From an uncultured Oscillospiraceae bacterium (lineage in GTDB: Bacteria; Bacillota; Clostridia; Oscillospirales; Acutalibacteraceae): DNA of 64,000 bases. Under the pieces are notes generated by a model, which was not told where the DNA came from, ran no database searches, and worked only from the letters and a program-made list of their open reading frames with translations. The position numbers were made by a program, and so were the translations under genes. This document shows positions 8,880 through 18,223 of the stretch, one piece after another. Positions within the stretch are counted from its first letter, which is position 1, and each line of letters opens with the position of its first letter. The stretch covers positions 7,720-71,719 of the forward strand of contig CABUKB010000008.1 of NCBI GenBank assembly GCA_902492045.1, read 5' to 3'.

Positions 8880-9746
8880 TTAGTCCGGTTCCGGAAGGGC
8901 CATTTCCTTCAGTTCGGTCATGAATTCCTCATAGAATACGCCCAGTTCCCCGATATACCGAGGTTTCCATGGTTTGTTGCGTCCGCAATAGTGAATGAAC
9001 ACCGTGTTTTGCCGCACCCAGCTGAGATCAAGCCTCTCTTCCCCGGCGGAACGGGGCCGCATGCGGCAGGAATGGTAGAATTTCTCCCCCAGGTTATAGC
9101 GGAGCGCATCCAGAAGGAGAATCCGATCCCCATACAGAGAGCTGATGACATCCTGATCGGGCAGTAGCAGATTCCGATGATGTGTGAGCCATTCCTGTAC
9201 GGTTTCAGGCTTTTGTTCCCGCCTGAGCAAGGACAGATTCAAAAGCATCACCCCTGAATTGATATACGGGGCGTCGTTTTTCATCCCTAAGCGCCGTGCA
9301 TTAAACCTGCGCAGGGAAGCATGGACATGGGAGCAGGCGGCAAACAGGGCATCCCCCATGGGAAGAAAGGGCAGTTCCCCGAGCGGGTTGATCGCCAGCA
9401 CATCCGGATCGAGATAGAGCACCCGGTCCAGTTCGCCCGGCAACACTTGGGCGGCGAAAATGCGATAATACATCTCGCGGGGATAGCGGCTGGTGGTGGG
9501 GGCTTCGTCCAGTCCGCCGCCGCTGATCCGCAACTCTTCAATCGTCATTCGGCACCCGTCCACCGCCCGACGCACGGTGTCCAGTTCGGTCTGCGTCAGG
9601 GAGGAGTGAAGGACAAACACACGAAAATCCCGTTCCGGGTTCCGGGCCGACAGGGAGCGCAGCATCACGCACAGAGGGCGGAGATATCCCGCATCCAATG
9701 TGACGAGTATGGCGACGGGTTTCAAGGGGGAGGGGGAGGGATCCAT
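8880..9746 (-). CDS. glycosyltransferase family 8 protein
   Basis: The ORF contains LDAGYLRPL, the DxD-type YLDPDVLAI motif and HYCGRNKPW. AAGGAG lies 10 nt upstream of the ATG at 9746; the ORF track starts earlier at 9827. Confidence 0.85.
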   Translation of the reverse strand: MDPSPSPLKPVAILVTLDAGYLRPLCVMLRSLSARNPERDFRVFVLHSSLTQTELDTVRRAVDGCRMTIEELRISGGGLDEAPTTSRYPREMYYRIFAAQVLPGELDRVLYLDPDVLAINPLGELPFLPMGDALFAACSHVHASLRRFNARRLGMKNDAPYINSGVMLLNLSLLRREQKPETVQEWLTHHRNLLLPDQDVISSLYGDRILLLDALRYNLGEKFYHSCRMRPRSAGEERLDLSWVRQNTVFIHYCGRNKPWKPRYIGELGVFYEEFMTELKEMALPEPD

Positions 9747-9777
9747 GAGGCCAATCTCCTTCTCTATTAACATGCAG

Positions 9778-11367
9778 TCAACGTTTTCGGCGGCGTGTCT
9801 GAAACAGCAGCACGCCGCCCACCGCAAGGGCCAGCAGATAACCGATCCATGCCGGCAGCGGAAGCCCCCAGAAGCGGGGCCCGGGATCGAAGGCGGAAAG
9901 CAGGCTCGCGCCGATGATCAGAGCGGCGTCGATTAAGGCGAGAACCAGTTTGTTCATCCTTCGGTCGGCGGCCTTCAGAGGGTCGGTCGAGCCGGTCAGT
10001 TCCACATAGAGTTTGGTCTGACCCTTAAGGGTATTTTTCAGCAGGTCGGACATTTGGGAGGGAATATCGAGTGCCTTACGGCCGGAGGCCAACAGGGCCC
10101 TGGCGCCGCTTTCCATTTCCTTTTTGATGTCGAGGGAAGCGAAGGCTCCGCCCGCGATGTGGTTGTGCATGATCGTGATGATCTGAATGTCGGGGCTGAT
10201 GCGGGCCAGAACACCTTGAATCGTGACGATGCCCCGGGCTAACATGGACAGGCCTTTTGGCATGGAGATACCATGGCTCTCCGCCAGAGATAAAAGCTCC
10301 TGCATCAGCTGCGCCAAGTCGATTTCCGCCATGCTCATACCGGCGTATTTCGATAGAAAATCGTCGATGTCTGCGTAAAGGCGGGCGTGATCCACCCGTC
10401 CACTGTGAACCCCCAGCGTCAACAGCACCTCTTTGAGCGTTCCGGCGTCGTATTGCGCCATGGCCCGTACCGCGGTTTTCAGAAGTTCGCGGTCCTTATC
10501 AGTCAGGCGGCCCATCATGCCGAGATCCAGCCAAATGATTTTGCCGTCCCGTATTCGCAGATTGCCCGGATGAGGATCAGCATGAAAAAAAGCCTGGTCC
10601 AAAATCTGCCGGACATAGTTTTCAGCCAGCTTTTCCCCGATTTCGTCGGGGTCATATCCCTCCCGCCGGAGCCGGCCGATATCGTCGATGGGGATACCGT
10701 CGATATATTCCATCATCAGGGCGCGCGAGGTGGTGTAACGGTGCTCCACCCGGGGACAGGAAACATACGCGATGCCGGCGTTTCCCTCCCGGAACTCATC
10801 CATATGACGGGCTTCCAGCAGAAAGTCCATCTCTTCCTGTGCCACGGCCCACATCTCGTCGAGTACCATGCCAAAGTCGATAACCCCACCGATGCCGCCG
10901 GCCCGTTGGAGGATACGGGAGGCCCTGCGCAGAAGCGCGATATCCCGCGCCATCGTGTCCCGGATACCGGGGCGCTGCACCTTCACCGCAACCTTGGTGC
11001 CATCCCGCCGCACAGCTGTGTGAACCTGGGCGATTGAGGCAGAACCGAGGGGCGTTTCATTGAAGGATAAAAAGAGGGATTTCATCGCAACGCCGTATTC
11101 CCTCTCAATCACTTTTTGAACCTCATCAAAGGGAATAGGGGTTACGTCCGTCCGCAGAAGCGTGAGTTCCTGACAGTATTCCGCCGGGAGCATGTCCTGC
11201 CGCATGGAGAGGATTTGTCCCAGCTTGACAAAGGTGGGGCCGAGATCCTGGATAATCAGGCGCAGTTTGACCGGGGTCAGGCCGCGCAGAATATCATGCC
11301 GGGCGAGAACTCCCAGGATTTCCCGCAGGCGGTGGCGTTTTTCTGGATCAGGTTTCCGCTTGTCCAT
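9778..11367 (-). CDS. ABC1/UbiB family atypical kinase
   Basis: ASIAQVHTA...GTKVAVKVQRPGI and HADPHPGN motifs, with C-terminal TM helices. GGAGGA RBS before the ATG at 11367. Confidence 0.9.
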   Translation of the reverse strand: MDKRKPDPEKRHRLREILGVLARHDILRGLTPVKLRLIIQDLGPTFVKLGQILSMRQDMLPAEYCQELTLLRTDVTPIPFDEVQKVIEREYGVAMKSLFLSFNETPLGSASIAQVHTAVRRDGTKVAVKVQRPGIRDTMARDIALLRRASRILQRAGGIGGVIDFGMVLDEMWAVAQEEMDFLLEARHMDEFREGNAGIAYVSCPRVEHRYTTSRALMMEYIDGIPIDDIGRLRREGYDPDEIGEKLAENYVRQILDQAFFHADPHPGNLRIRDGKIIWLDLGMMGRLTDKDRELLKTAVRAMAQYDAGTLKEVLLTLGVHSGRVDHARLYADIDDFLSKYAGMSMAEIDLAQLMQELLSLAESHGISMPKGLSMLARGIVTIQGVLARISPDIQIITIMHNHIAGGAFASLDIKKEMESGARALLASGRKALDIPSQMSDLLKNTLKGQTKLYVELTGSTDPLKAADRRMNKLVLALIDAALIIGASLLSAFDPGPRFWGLPLPAWIGYLLALAVGGVLLFQTRRRKR

Positions 11368-11680
11368 TGGCTTCCTCCACGGTCTCCATCGCCGCAAGCT
11401 TGGCTTTTAAGGCGGCGAGATCGTCCCGGCTCATGTGGTCAAGGCTGCGCAGCAAAAGGTCCATATCGGCGCCCGAATCATCCGGCTTTGGCCGGGATGC
11501 GGATGCCGCAGGGTTCCGGCGGTGCAGCTCTTCGTTGAGCACCCGCCCCTGCTCCACCGTCAGACGGCCTTTTTCCACCAGTTCGGTTAGGAGTTCTTTC
11601 GCCTTCTCAGCCGTTATGGAGGCCATGCCGATCCCGGCGAGAAGCACGGTTTTGAAATCTTCGCTCAGATGATCCTGCAT
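11348..11680 (-). CDS. phasin-like small coiled-coil protein
   Basis: GIGMASITAEKAKELLTELVEKGRLTVEQGRVLNEEL resembles the phasin-family proteins I recall being found next to ABC1 kinases in Firmicutes. It overlaps the UbiB start. Confidence 0.55.
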   Translation of the reverse strand: MQDHLSEDFKTVLLAGIGMASITAEKAKELLTELVEKGRLTVEQGRVLNEELHRRNPAASASRPKPDDSGADMDLLLRSLDHMSRDDLAALKAKLAAMETVEEANGQAET

Positions 11681-11880
11681 ATTTCAACCTCGATTCTATG
11701 GGGGGTTCTGTCGCTGTTATCCGTTATCATTATAGCCCGATTTCGGAAAAACGGATGAAGGATTTATGAACGCGGGAGAAAGGAGCGCAACCCCTCCTTG
11801 CGGATGAACGGAAGGAATGGTATACTGAACACCGAAACGGCTAAACGCCGGATAACGCCGGAGGCTGGCGTTCTCCGGCC

Positions 11881-12600
11881 ATGGGGAGGAAAACCGAATT
11901 GGAAGGCATTGCAGCCCGTATTCTGGTGGTGGAGGACGACGCCGATATCAACCGTTTGCTGACCACCCTGTTATCCAAAGAGGGGTATACCGTCATCTCC
12001 GCCTATTCCGGCAGTGAGGCGGGTATGCGTCTGGAAGCCGAACGCTATGATTTGATTCTGCTCGATCTAATGCTCCCCGGATTGACGGGGGAGGAGCTGC
12101 TGGCAACCATCCGGGAAAAGTATGTGATGCCGGTCATCGTGCTGTCTGCGAAAGGACGGGAGGACAAGCTCCGGGTTTTGGCGGAGGGAGCAGATGACTT
12201 TATCTCCAAGCCGTTTGACATCGAGGATGTCAAGGCCCGTGTGGCGGCCCAGCTCCGCCGGTACACCCGTTTCACGCCAGCCCAGCCGCAAGAGGAGAAA
12301 CCTTTACGGTTTAAGGAACTGGTCCTCGATCCGGAAGGGCGGCAGGTGACGGTGAAAGGCCGGGAGGTTTCCCTAACCGTCCGGGAATACGGATTACTGT
12401 ATTTGCTGCTCTCCCACCCCAAAAAAGTGTTCACCCGTGCCAATCTGTTTGAATCGGTCTGGGAGGACCCCTATATCGGGGACGACAATACGGTCAACGT
12501 GCATATCAGCAATTTGCGCGCCAAATTGGCGGCGGCTGATCCGGACAACGGCTATATCAAAACCGTATGGGGAATTGGGTTCAAGATGCAGGAGGAATGA
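11881..12600 (+). CDS. OmpR/PhoB family response regulator
   Basis: Receiver ILVVEDD...LILLDLMLPG...K and a winged-helix C-terminus (LTVREYGLLYLLLSHPKKVFTR...YIKTVWGIGFK). Confidence 0.92.
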   Translation: MGRKTELEGIAARILVVEDDADINRLLTTLLSKEGYTVISAYSGSEAGMRLEAERYDLILLDLMLPGLTGEELLATIREKYVMPVIVLSAKGREDKLRVLAEGADDFISKPFDIEDVKARVAAQLRRYTRFTPAQPQEEKPLRFKELVLDPEGRQVTVKGREVSLTVREYGLLYLLLSHPKKVFTRANLFESVWEDPYIGDDNTVNVHISNLRAKLAAADPDNGYIKTVWGIGFKMQEE

Positions 12601-12610
12601 ATGCACACCG

Positions 12611-12639
12611 GCGGACGGGAAGGTTCCCGTCCGCTTTTT
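12611..12639 (+). terminator. intrinsic terminator after the response regulator
   Basis: GCGGACGGGA-aggt-TCCCGTCCGC is a perfect 10-bp stem followed by TTTTT. Confidence 0.8.
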
Positions 12640-12706
12640 GCCGGGGTACGGAATGAAAGCCCGGATGAAGCCGATTGAAGAAGGGCCGCCGGCCGCCGGA
12701 AACACC

Positions 12707-12735
12707 CTTTAGAGTTTCTTTAGATTTCCTTTAAG
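12707..12735 (+). promoter_or_regulatory. three direct heptamer repeats at 11-bp phasing (candidate OmpR-family binding site)
   Basis: CTTTAGA (12707), CTTTAGA (12718) and CTTTAAG (12729) end 20 nt upstream of a TATACT -10 hexamer at 12756-12761. That hexamer has no recognisable -35. Confidence 0.55.
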
Positions 12736-12792
12736 GCTTTTTGAAAGCAGGAGGATATACTGAGGCCAATCTCAGATGGAAGGATGGACAGT

Positions 12793-13737
12793 ATGACGGA
12801 CAATGTGCTGGTCACACGGGAACTATGCAAACGGTATGGTTCCGCGCTGGCGGTGAACCATGTGAATCTGCGGGTGGAACGCGGGCAGATTTACGGATTG
12901 GTTGGAAAAAATGGGGCGGGAAAGACCACCCTGATGCGGATGATTACCTCACAAAGCAGCCCGACCTCAGGGGAGATCGAGTTGTTCGGGACGTCCGATC
13001 CGCACAGTGCCGGCCGTATGCGGGAGCGGATGGGTGCGGTGATTGAAACCCCGAGCTTTTATCCCTTTCTGACGGCAGAGCAGAATCTGGAGTATTACCG
13101 GCTGCAGCGCGGGATCGCGGGCCGGGACTGTATTCGGGAGGCTTTGCGTCTTGTCGGCCTGAGCGACACCAAGAATAAAAAGTTCAAGCAGTTTTCCTTG
13201 GGAATGAAACAGCGTTTGGGATTGGCCCTGGCCATACTGGGAAGCCCGGATCTCCTTCTTTTGGACGAACCAATCAATGGGCTGGATCCCATGGGAATTG
13301 TGCAGTTCCGGGATCTGCTGCTTCGCCTGAACGCCGAACGGCAAATCACCATTTTGATTTCCAGCCATATCCTCAGCGAGCTTGCCAATCTCGCAACCCA
13401 TTACGGATTTATCGACGGCGGCCGGATGCTGCAGCAGATCTCGGCAAAGGATATCGAGGAGTGCTGCCGGGAATGCCTGGAATTGACGGTGGACGATGCC
13501 CCGAAAGCGGCCGTGTCGCTGGAAAGCCGCCTGCACTGCTCTTCGTATGAGATTCTCCCGGAAAACCGCATTCGGATTTATGCGTTTCTGGAAGAGCCGG
13601 TGAAGGTGACGGCGGCGCTGACTGAAGACGGCGTACAGGTACAGACGATCAATACCCGAGGAACCAATTTGGAGGACTACTTCCTCCAGCTTTTAAGCCG
13701 TTCAAACCCGGATGGGGACGAAAGGAGGCCCGCGTGA
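12793..13737 (+). CDS. ABC transporter ATP-binding protein (ABC-2 / bacitracin-lantibiotic-immunity type)
   Basis: Walker A GKNGAGKTT, signature FSLGMKQRLGLA and Walker B LLLLDEPINGLD. The ATG at 12793 has better RBS spacing than the track start at 12784. Confidence 0.92.
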   Translation: MTDNVLVTRELCKRYGSALAVNHVNLRVERGQIYGLVGKNGAGKTTLMRMITSQSSPTSGEIELFGTSDPHSAGRMRERMGAVIETPSFYPFLTAEQNLEYYRLQRGIAGRDCIREALRLVGLSDTKNKKFKQFSLGMKQRLGLALAILGSPDLLLLDEPINGLDPMGIVQFRDLLLRLNAERQITILISSHILSELANLATHYGFIDGGRMLQQISAKDIEECCRECLELTVDDAPKAAVSLESRLHCSSYEILPENRIRIYAFLEEPVKVTAALTEDGVQVQTINTRGTNLEDYFLQLLSRSNPDGDERRPA

Positions 13738-14501
13738 TGCTCCGCGTAATCAAAAGCGAACTGTACAAAACCTGCCACCGTATGTATCCTTATGTATTTA
13801 CCGGCGTGATAGTGGCTCTCGGCCTTTTGCTGGTTTTTCTCTTCGCCTTTACCAATACCCAGATTCCAATCGAAGATCAGATTGGCTTTGACGGCTTGAT
13901 TGCGTTTACCGTGTCCATGCTGTCGCTGGGCCTTTATTTGACGGTGGCTTTTGTGGATATGGTGTTTTCGGAAGAATATAAGAATCAGACGATGAAGAAT
14001 CCTCTGGCTTTCGGCGTGCCCCGGGCAAGCCTTTATTTGGGCAAGCTGGCCGCAGAACTGCTGGTGGCGGTCGTCAGCCTTCTGGCCATCCTGGGCATCA
14101 TTTTAGGGGTAGGGGCCCTGCTGCTGGGGCCTGTACACCCGGTATCGTTTTGGGAATTGTTTATGAATATCGGCCAACGTCTGCTGGTCTCCCTGCCTTT
14201 GTGGATCGGCGCCCTGTCCTTCGGCAATATGCTGGCTTTCCATTGCAAAAGCAGTACGCTGTATACCCTGTTTTTCGTCGGATTTTTTGGCCTTCTGCCC
14301 CCTATCTTACAGTTTGCGTCCTCCTATTATCCAGTCCTGGGAGAAGTATCCTTATGGCTGATGACACCACTGTTCGATCAGTTCGCCTCTGCCGGCCTGT
14401 CCAATGAGCTCATTCTGCGCAGTGTTGTCACGGGCGCCGCATATCTAATCGGCAGCACCTTGATCGGGCTGGTGTTTTATCAAAGAAAAGAAATTCATTG
14501 A
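13734..14501 (+). CDS. ABC-2 type transporter permease
   Basis: 255-aa polytopic hydrophobic protein whose start overlaps the ATPase stop (GTGATG). Confidence 0.8.
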   Translation: MMLRVIKSELYKTCHRMYPYVFTGVIVALGLLLVFLFAFTNTQIPIEDQIGFDGLIAFTVSMLSLGLYLTVAFVDMVFSEEYKNQTMKNPLAFGVPRASLYLGKLAAELLVAVVSLLAILGIILGVGALLLGPVHPVSFWELFMNIGQRLLVSLPLWIGALSFGNMLAFHCKSSTLYTLFFVGFFGLLPPILQFASSYYPVLGEVSLWLMTPLFDQFASAGLSNELILRSVVTGAAYLIGSTLIGLVFYQRKEIH

Positions 14502-14630
14502 TCCGATCTCCCGGTGGTTCTCAAATCCGGGAGGGAGTGGAGGCGGTTCCGCCTGGCCAGGACATCCTTCCCGGACTTTCCAATCCGGGAAGGATGTGTT
14601 ATACTGAGAAACAAAAGAGGGGGGAAGACA

Positions 14631-15560
14631 ATGGGGCCCGCCGGATGGATCATCGCCGCGCTGACGATTCTGCTTGCCGCGAGCGTTGCCGCGCTGATAT
14701 TGTATAGACACAATCTGCACAAGGCGCGGCTGTCGCTGGAGGAACTGCGGCGGATCCGGACCAACCAGCGGCTCAAATTGAAGGTCCCCGACCGGGAGCT
14801 GGAACGCCTGCTGGAAGAAATTAACGCCCTGCTCGATGACCGGCAGGCAAACGACAGCCTGCATCTGAGGCAGGAACAGCAGCGACGGCTGGAAATTGCC
14901 AACATCTCTCACGACCTGCGCACCCCCTTGACCTCCATTCTCGGTTATTTGCAAATCCTCAAATCGGAGGATGTTGGTCCGCAGGAGCGCCGGGAGTATC
15001 TTGAGATTGTCGAGAACCGTGCCAATGCCCTCAAAGCCCTGATCACGGGTTTTTACGACCTGTCCTGTCTGGAGGCGGGCGGCTATACCCTCGCACAGGA
15101 GCCGGTAGCGATTGGTCCTGTTTTATACGAGTTGGCAGCGGCCTTTTATGCCGATTTCCATGAATCCGGACGTAAGGCGGCGCTCGATATCGCCGAGAAC
15201 CTGTCTCCCATCTTGGGGGATCCGCAGGCGGTACTGCGTATCTATACCAACCTGTTTCAAAATGCCATCAAACATGGAACGGGGGACTTGTATATCCGGG
15301 TTTTTCAAGAAGAGGACCTTGTCGTCACCTGTTTTACCAATTTGGCACCGGGGCTTCTGCCTCAGGATGTGGAGCATCTGTTTGACCGGTTTTTTACAGC
15401 CGACAAAATGCGGACCGGGCAAGACACGGGGCTGGGGCTGGCGATTGTTCATCGCCTGGCGGTGCAGATGGGGGGAGAGACCGAAGCCTTGCTGCTTCAA
15501 AACAAACTCACCATCACCATCCGGTGGCCGGCGGCCAAATCATCGCAAGGGCGGCGTTAG
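14631..15560 (+). CDS. sensor histidine kinase with a single N-terminal TM helix (intramembrane-sensing type)
   Basis: WIIAALTILLAASVAALILY TM helix, H-box ISHDLRTPLTSI, N-box NLFQNAIKHG and G-box GLGLAIV. The start at 14631 has a GAGGGGGG RBS and its own TGTTATACT -10 at 14597-14605. Confidence 0.88.
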   Translation: MGPAGWIIAALTILLAASVAALILYRHNLHKARLSLEELRRIRTNQRLKLKVPDRELERLLEEINALLDDRQANDSLHLRQEQQRRLEIANISHDLRTPLTSILGYLQILKSEDVGPQERREYLEIVENRANALKALITGFYDLSCLEAGGYTLAQEPVAIGPVLYELAAAFYADFHESGRKAALDIAENLSPILGDPQAVLRIYTNLFQNAIKHGTGDLYIRVFQEEDLVVTCFTNLAPGLLPQDVEHLFDRFFTADKMRTGQDTGLGLAIVHRLAVQMGGETEALLLQNKLTITIRWPAAKSSQGRR

Positions 15561-15871
15561 TATTCTTTGGCGGACAAGCGGAGCAACTGCTCGTAATCGT
15601 CGTCCCTGGCGGCTTTGTTACGGCCTTCTTTTCCGCACTTCGTACAGCGGAAGAGGATGACATATCCTTTTTTGGGGGAGATTTCAAGTCCCACCGGCTG
15701 CATCAGGCCCCGGCAGGGGTTTTGCCGGTCTCCGGGATTCAAATCCACATGCAGGGAATAGAGACAATAGGGACAATGGTTACGGGAAGTATAACCCAGC
15801 GGTCCGACAAAGCGGCCGCAATGTCCGCAGGTAAATCCCTGGTCGTTTTTCACGAAGCGGCGGTTTTCCAT
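15557..15871 (-). CDS. RNHCP domain-containing zinc-ribbon protein
   Basis: Contains the literal RNHCPYC motif plus CGHCG and CTKCG cysteine pairs. GGGAGG RBS before the ATG at 15871. Confidence 0.8.
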   Translation of the reverse strand: MENRRFVKNDQGFTCGHCGRFVGPLGYTSRNHCPYCLYSLHVDLNPGDRQNPCRGLMQPVGLEISPKKGYVILFRCTKCGKEGRNKAARDDDYEQLLRLSAKEY

Positions 15872-16101
15872 GACTGTACCTCCCTGTGGAATATCTTTTA
15901 GTATAAAGAAAGACCTTCCCAAGTTCAAGCAAAAGATACGGGGGAAATGCCTGGGATGGACCTTGCCCGGCACCCGAAGGAGAAGGGGCCTGGCATAACG
16001 GCCGTTTGTCCGGGAAAAGCGAAACCGCTCCGAAGTTCTTTTGAGCCTTGTCCGGAGGGAATGGATCTGCTATACTGGAACCAAAAAAAGGGGGAGAGCC
16101 G

Positions 16102-16518
16102 ATGAAAAGCTACCGGAAGGAATTGTGGTTCCACCTGCCAACCCGAAGGGGGCTCGTCAACATCACGTCCCAGGTGCAGCAGGCGGTCAGGGACAGCGGT
16201 GTGCAGGAGGGTTTGGTGCTGGTCAATGCGATGAATATCACCGCCAGTGTCTTCATCAACGACGATGAAAGCGGCCTTCATCGGGATTTTGAGGCCTGGC
16301 TCGAAGATCTGGCCCCTGAGAAGCCTTACAGCCGTTATGCCCACAATGGGTATGAGGACAATGCGGATGCCCATCTGAAACGCACCGTTATGGGGCGGGA
16401 GGTTGTGGTTGCCATTACCGACGGCAAGCTGGATTTCGGAACGTGGGAACAGATTTTTTATTATGAGTTTGACGGAAAGCGGGATAAGCACGCTCTGGTC
16501 AAGATCATCGGGGAATAA
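16102..16518 (+). CDS. YjbQ/UPF0047 family protein (secondary thiamine-phosphate synthase-like)
   Basis: The translation [25 protein letters not shown]...[35 protein letters not shown] is typical of YjbQ. Confidence 0.88.
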   Translation: MKSYRKELWFHLPTRRGLVNITSQVQQAVRDSGVQEGLVLVNAMNITASVFINDDESGLHRDFEAWLEDLAPEKPYSRYAHNGYEDNADAHLKRTVMGREVVVAITDGKLDFGTWEQIFYYEFDGKRDKHALVKIIGE

Positions 16519-16563
16519 GCCGATGGTGAACGGACCCTTACTCCATGGAAAGAAGGCAGAGGA

Positions 16564-16941
16564 ATGGAATCCGTTACTTTAATCCTCTATCCGCCCTGTT
16601 CGACCTGCCGGAAGGCCAAGGCCTGGCTGTTGGATCAGGGGATTGCATTTGAAGAACGGTCTATCACACAGCAGCGCCCGACAGCGGACGAACTCCGGCT
16701 ATGGAGCCGGGAAGCGGGGATCCCTCTCAAACGTTACTTCAACACGAGCGGTCTGCTGTACCGTTCCTTGAACTTGTCCCAGCGTCTGTCCGGCCTGAGC
16801 GAAGATGAACAGCTGGATTTGCTTGCATCGGACGGTATGCTGGTCCGCCGTCCGCTTTTGCTCGTCGGAAACCGGGCCCTGCCTGGATTCCGGCCGGACG
16901 AATGGACCGCTTTTTTACGGGGAACCGGCATACTCAAATAA
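16564..16941 (+). CDS. ArsC/Spx family protein
   Basis: N-terminal CxxC (PCSTCRKAKAWL) and the LVRRPLL motif; 125 aa. Confidence 0.85.
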   Translation: MESVTLILYPPCSTCRKAKAWLLDQGIAFEERSITQQRPTADELRLWSREAGIPLKRYFNTSGLLYRSLNLSQRLSGLSEDEQLDLLASDGMLVRRPLLLVGNRALPGFRPDEWTAFLRGTGILK

Positions 16942-16956
16942 AAAGGAGGAAGCGCA

Positions 16957-17295
16957 ATGCCTTGTATCCAAACAAAAGTAAACGTCTCCATATCTCCCGA
17001 ACAGGAAACCCGTTTGAAAACCGGTTTCGGCGAGCTGATGCCGATCCTGCGCAAAAGTGAGGACTGGCTGATGCTGACCTTTGAGGATCGCTGCCGTTTA
17101 TACTTTAAGGGAGAAGACCGCCCCGCAGCCTTTGTGGAGGTCAAACTCTATGGCGCTGCCGGTCCCGATGCCTATGACCGGATGACGGCGGCCGTGACGG
17201 CGCTGCTCAACAAGGAACTGAACATCCCCTCTGAGCGGATTTATGTGAAATACGAAGAAGTGACGTATTGGGGCTATGACGGCAGCAATTTTTGA
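16957..17295 (+). CDS. MIF/phenylpyruvate tautomerase-like protein
   Basis: Met-Pro N-terminus (MPCIQTKVNVSIS...) and the overall length and pattern fit the tautomerase superfamily, MIF subgroup. Confidence 0.7.
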   Translation: MPCIQTKVNVSISPEQETRLKTGFGELMPILRKSEDWLMLTFEDRCRLYFKGEDRPAAFVEVKLYGAAGPDAYDRMTAAVTALLNKELNIPSERIYVKYEEVTYWGYDGSNF

Positions 17296-17348
17296 TGGTA
17301 CGATCTTTGGTCGCAGGCCCCCCTTCGGATACAACGAAAAAGTGCAGA

Positions 17349-17389
17349 CAGCCTATCCCGGTGAAATTTCACCGGGATAGGCTGTTTTT
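17349..17389 (+). terminator. intrinsic terminator
   Basis: CAGCCTATCCCGGTGA / TCACCGGGATAGGCTG is a 16-bp perfect stem followed by TTTTT. Confidence 0.9.
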
Positions 17390-17485
17390 GAAACTTTTGC
17401 ACGTATCCATCCGAAAAGGCGTTTACCGGGAAGAAAACCACCCCCTCATCAGAATAGGACCATCGGAATTATGCACAGTTTAATA

Positions 17486-17501
17486 GTTAGCTTTGACTAA
17501 T
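17486..17501. promoter_or_regulatory. palindromic box GTTAG-N6-CTAAT (distal candidate metalloregulator operator)
   Basis: GTTAGCTTTGACTAAT lies 57 nt upstream of the feo -35 and has the same architecture as the box at 17594. Confidence 0.4.
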
Positions 17502-17557
17502 TTCGTCGGCAATTCTCCGAATCTGAGCGATCAGCCCTCTGACATTCCCCGAGGCCC

Positions 17558-17586
17558 TTGACAATTTGGGAAAATATGCGTATGAT
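17558..17586 (+). promoter_or_regulatory. feo operon sigma-70 promoter (TTGACA-17 nt-TATGAT)
   Basis: TTGACA at 17558-17563, a 17-nt spacer and TATGAT at 17581-17586. Confidence 0.75.
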
Positions 17587-17593
17587 GTACGTG

Positions 17594-17609
17594 GTTAGTA
17601 AGAGCTAAC
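17594..17609. promoter_or_regulatory. palindromic box GTTAG-N6-CTAAC overlapping the predicted transcription start (candidate DtxR-family operator)
   Basis: GTTAGTAAGAGCTAAC begins 8 nt after the -10 hexamer. Its half-site pentamers equal those of the DtxR/IdeR consensus, but the spacer differs. Confidence 0.5.
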
Positions 17610-17659
17610 TCTTACATATAAGGCGAATATCTTTGTGGTGAAATAGGGAAGGATGCAGG

Positions 17660-17875
17660 ATGATGCCGCTGGCGCTTGCACAAATCGGTGAGGAAAACAT
17701 TATCAGGAAGGTGGGAGGCAAGCCCGAGGTGAAAAAGCACTTGGAAAATCTCGGTTTTGTCGTGGGCGGAAATGTGACCGTGATCACCACTCTCGGCGGA
17801 AACATCATTGTCAACGTCAAGGAGTCCCGGGTGGCGATCAGCAAGGAAATGGCGCAAAAAATCATGATAGGATGA
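17660..17875 (+). CDS. feoA: ferrous iron transport protein A
   Basis: 71-aa SH3-like FeoA pattern (LAQIGEENIIRKV...LENLGFVVGGNVTVI...VNVKESRVAISKEMAQKI). Confidence 0.9.
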   Translation: MMPLALAQIGEENIIRKVGGKPEVKKHLENLGFVVGGNVTVITTLGGNIIVNVKESRVAISKEMAQKIMIG

Positions 17876-17909
17876 TTTTGCCTATATGCGACGGGAGGAG
17901 GAAAACCGC

Positions 17910-18131
17910 ATGAAAACACTCAAACAGGCTCGAATCGGCGATACGGTCAGGGTTGTCAGGCTTCATGGTGAAGGAGCTGTCAAACGGCGTATCATGGACA
18001 TGGGGATTACCAAAGGGGTCGATGTTCATGTTCGCAAGGTGGCGCCTTTAGGCGATCCGGTCGAAGTGACGGTCCGCGGCTATGAGCTGTCGATCCGAAA
18101 GGCGGATGCGGACATGATCGAGGTCATATGA
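17910..18131 (+). CDS. feoA: ferrous iron transport protein A (second copy)
   Basis: The translation MKTLKQARIGDTVRVVRLHGEGAVKRRIMDMGITKGVDVHVRKVAPLGDPVEVTVRGYELSIRKADADMIEV fits FeoA. GGGAGGAGGA RBS. Confidence 0.88.
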   Translation: MKTLKQARIGDTVRVVRLHGEGAVKRRIMDMGITKGVDVHVRKVAPLGDPVEVTVRGYELSIRKADADMIEVI

Positions 18132-18136
18132 CCGGA

Positions 18137-18162
18137 GAGAGGGAGGACCCTCCTCTTTTTTT
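18137..18162 (+). terminator. weak hairpin plus T7 run between feoA and feoB (possible internal attenuator)
   Basis: GAGAGGGAGG..CCTCCTC imperfect stem followed by TTTTTTT. The stem is short and bulged. Confidence 0.4.
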
Positions 18163-18223
18163 GGAGGGCGGTTAGTCGCGCCTTACCCGGCGCTTCCGAT
18201 GTGAGGAAAGAGAGGAATATCCT

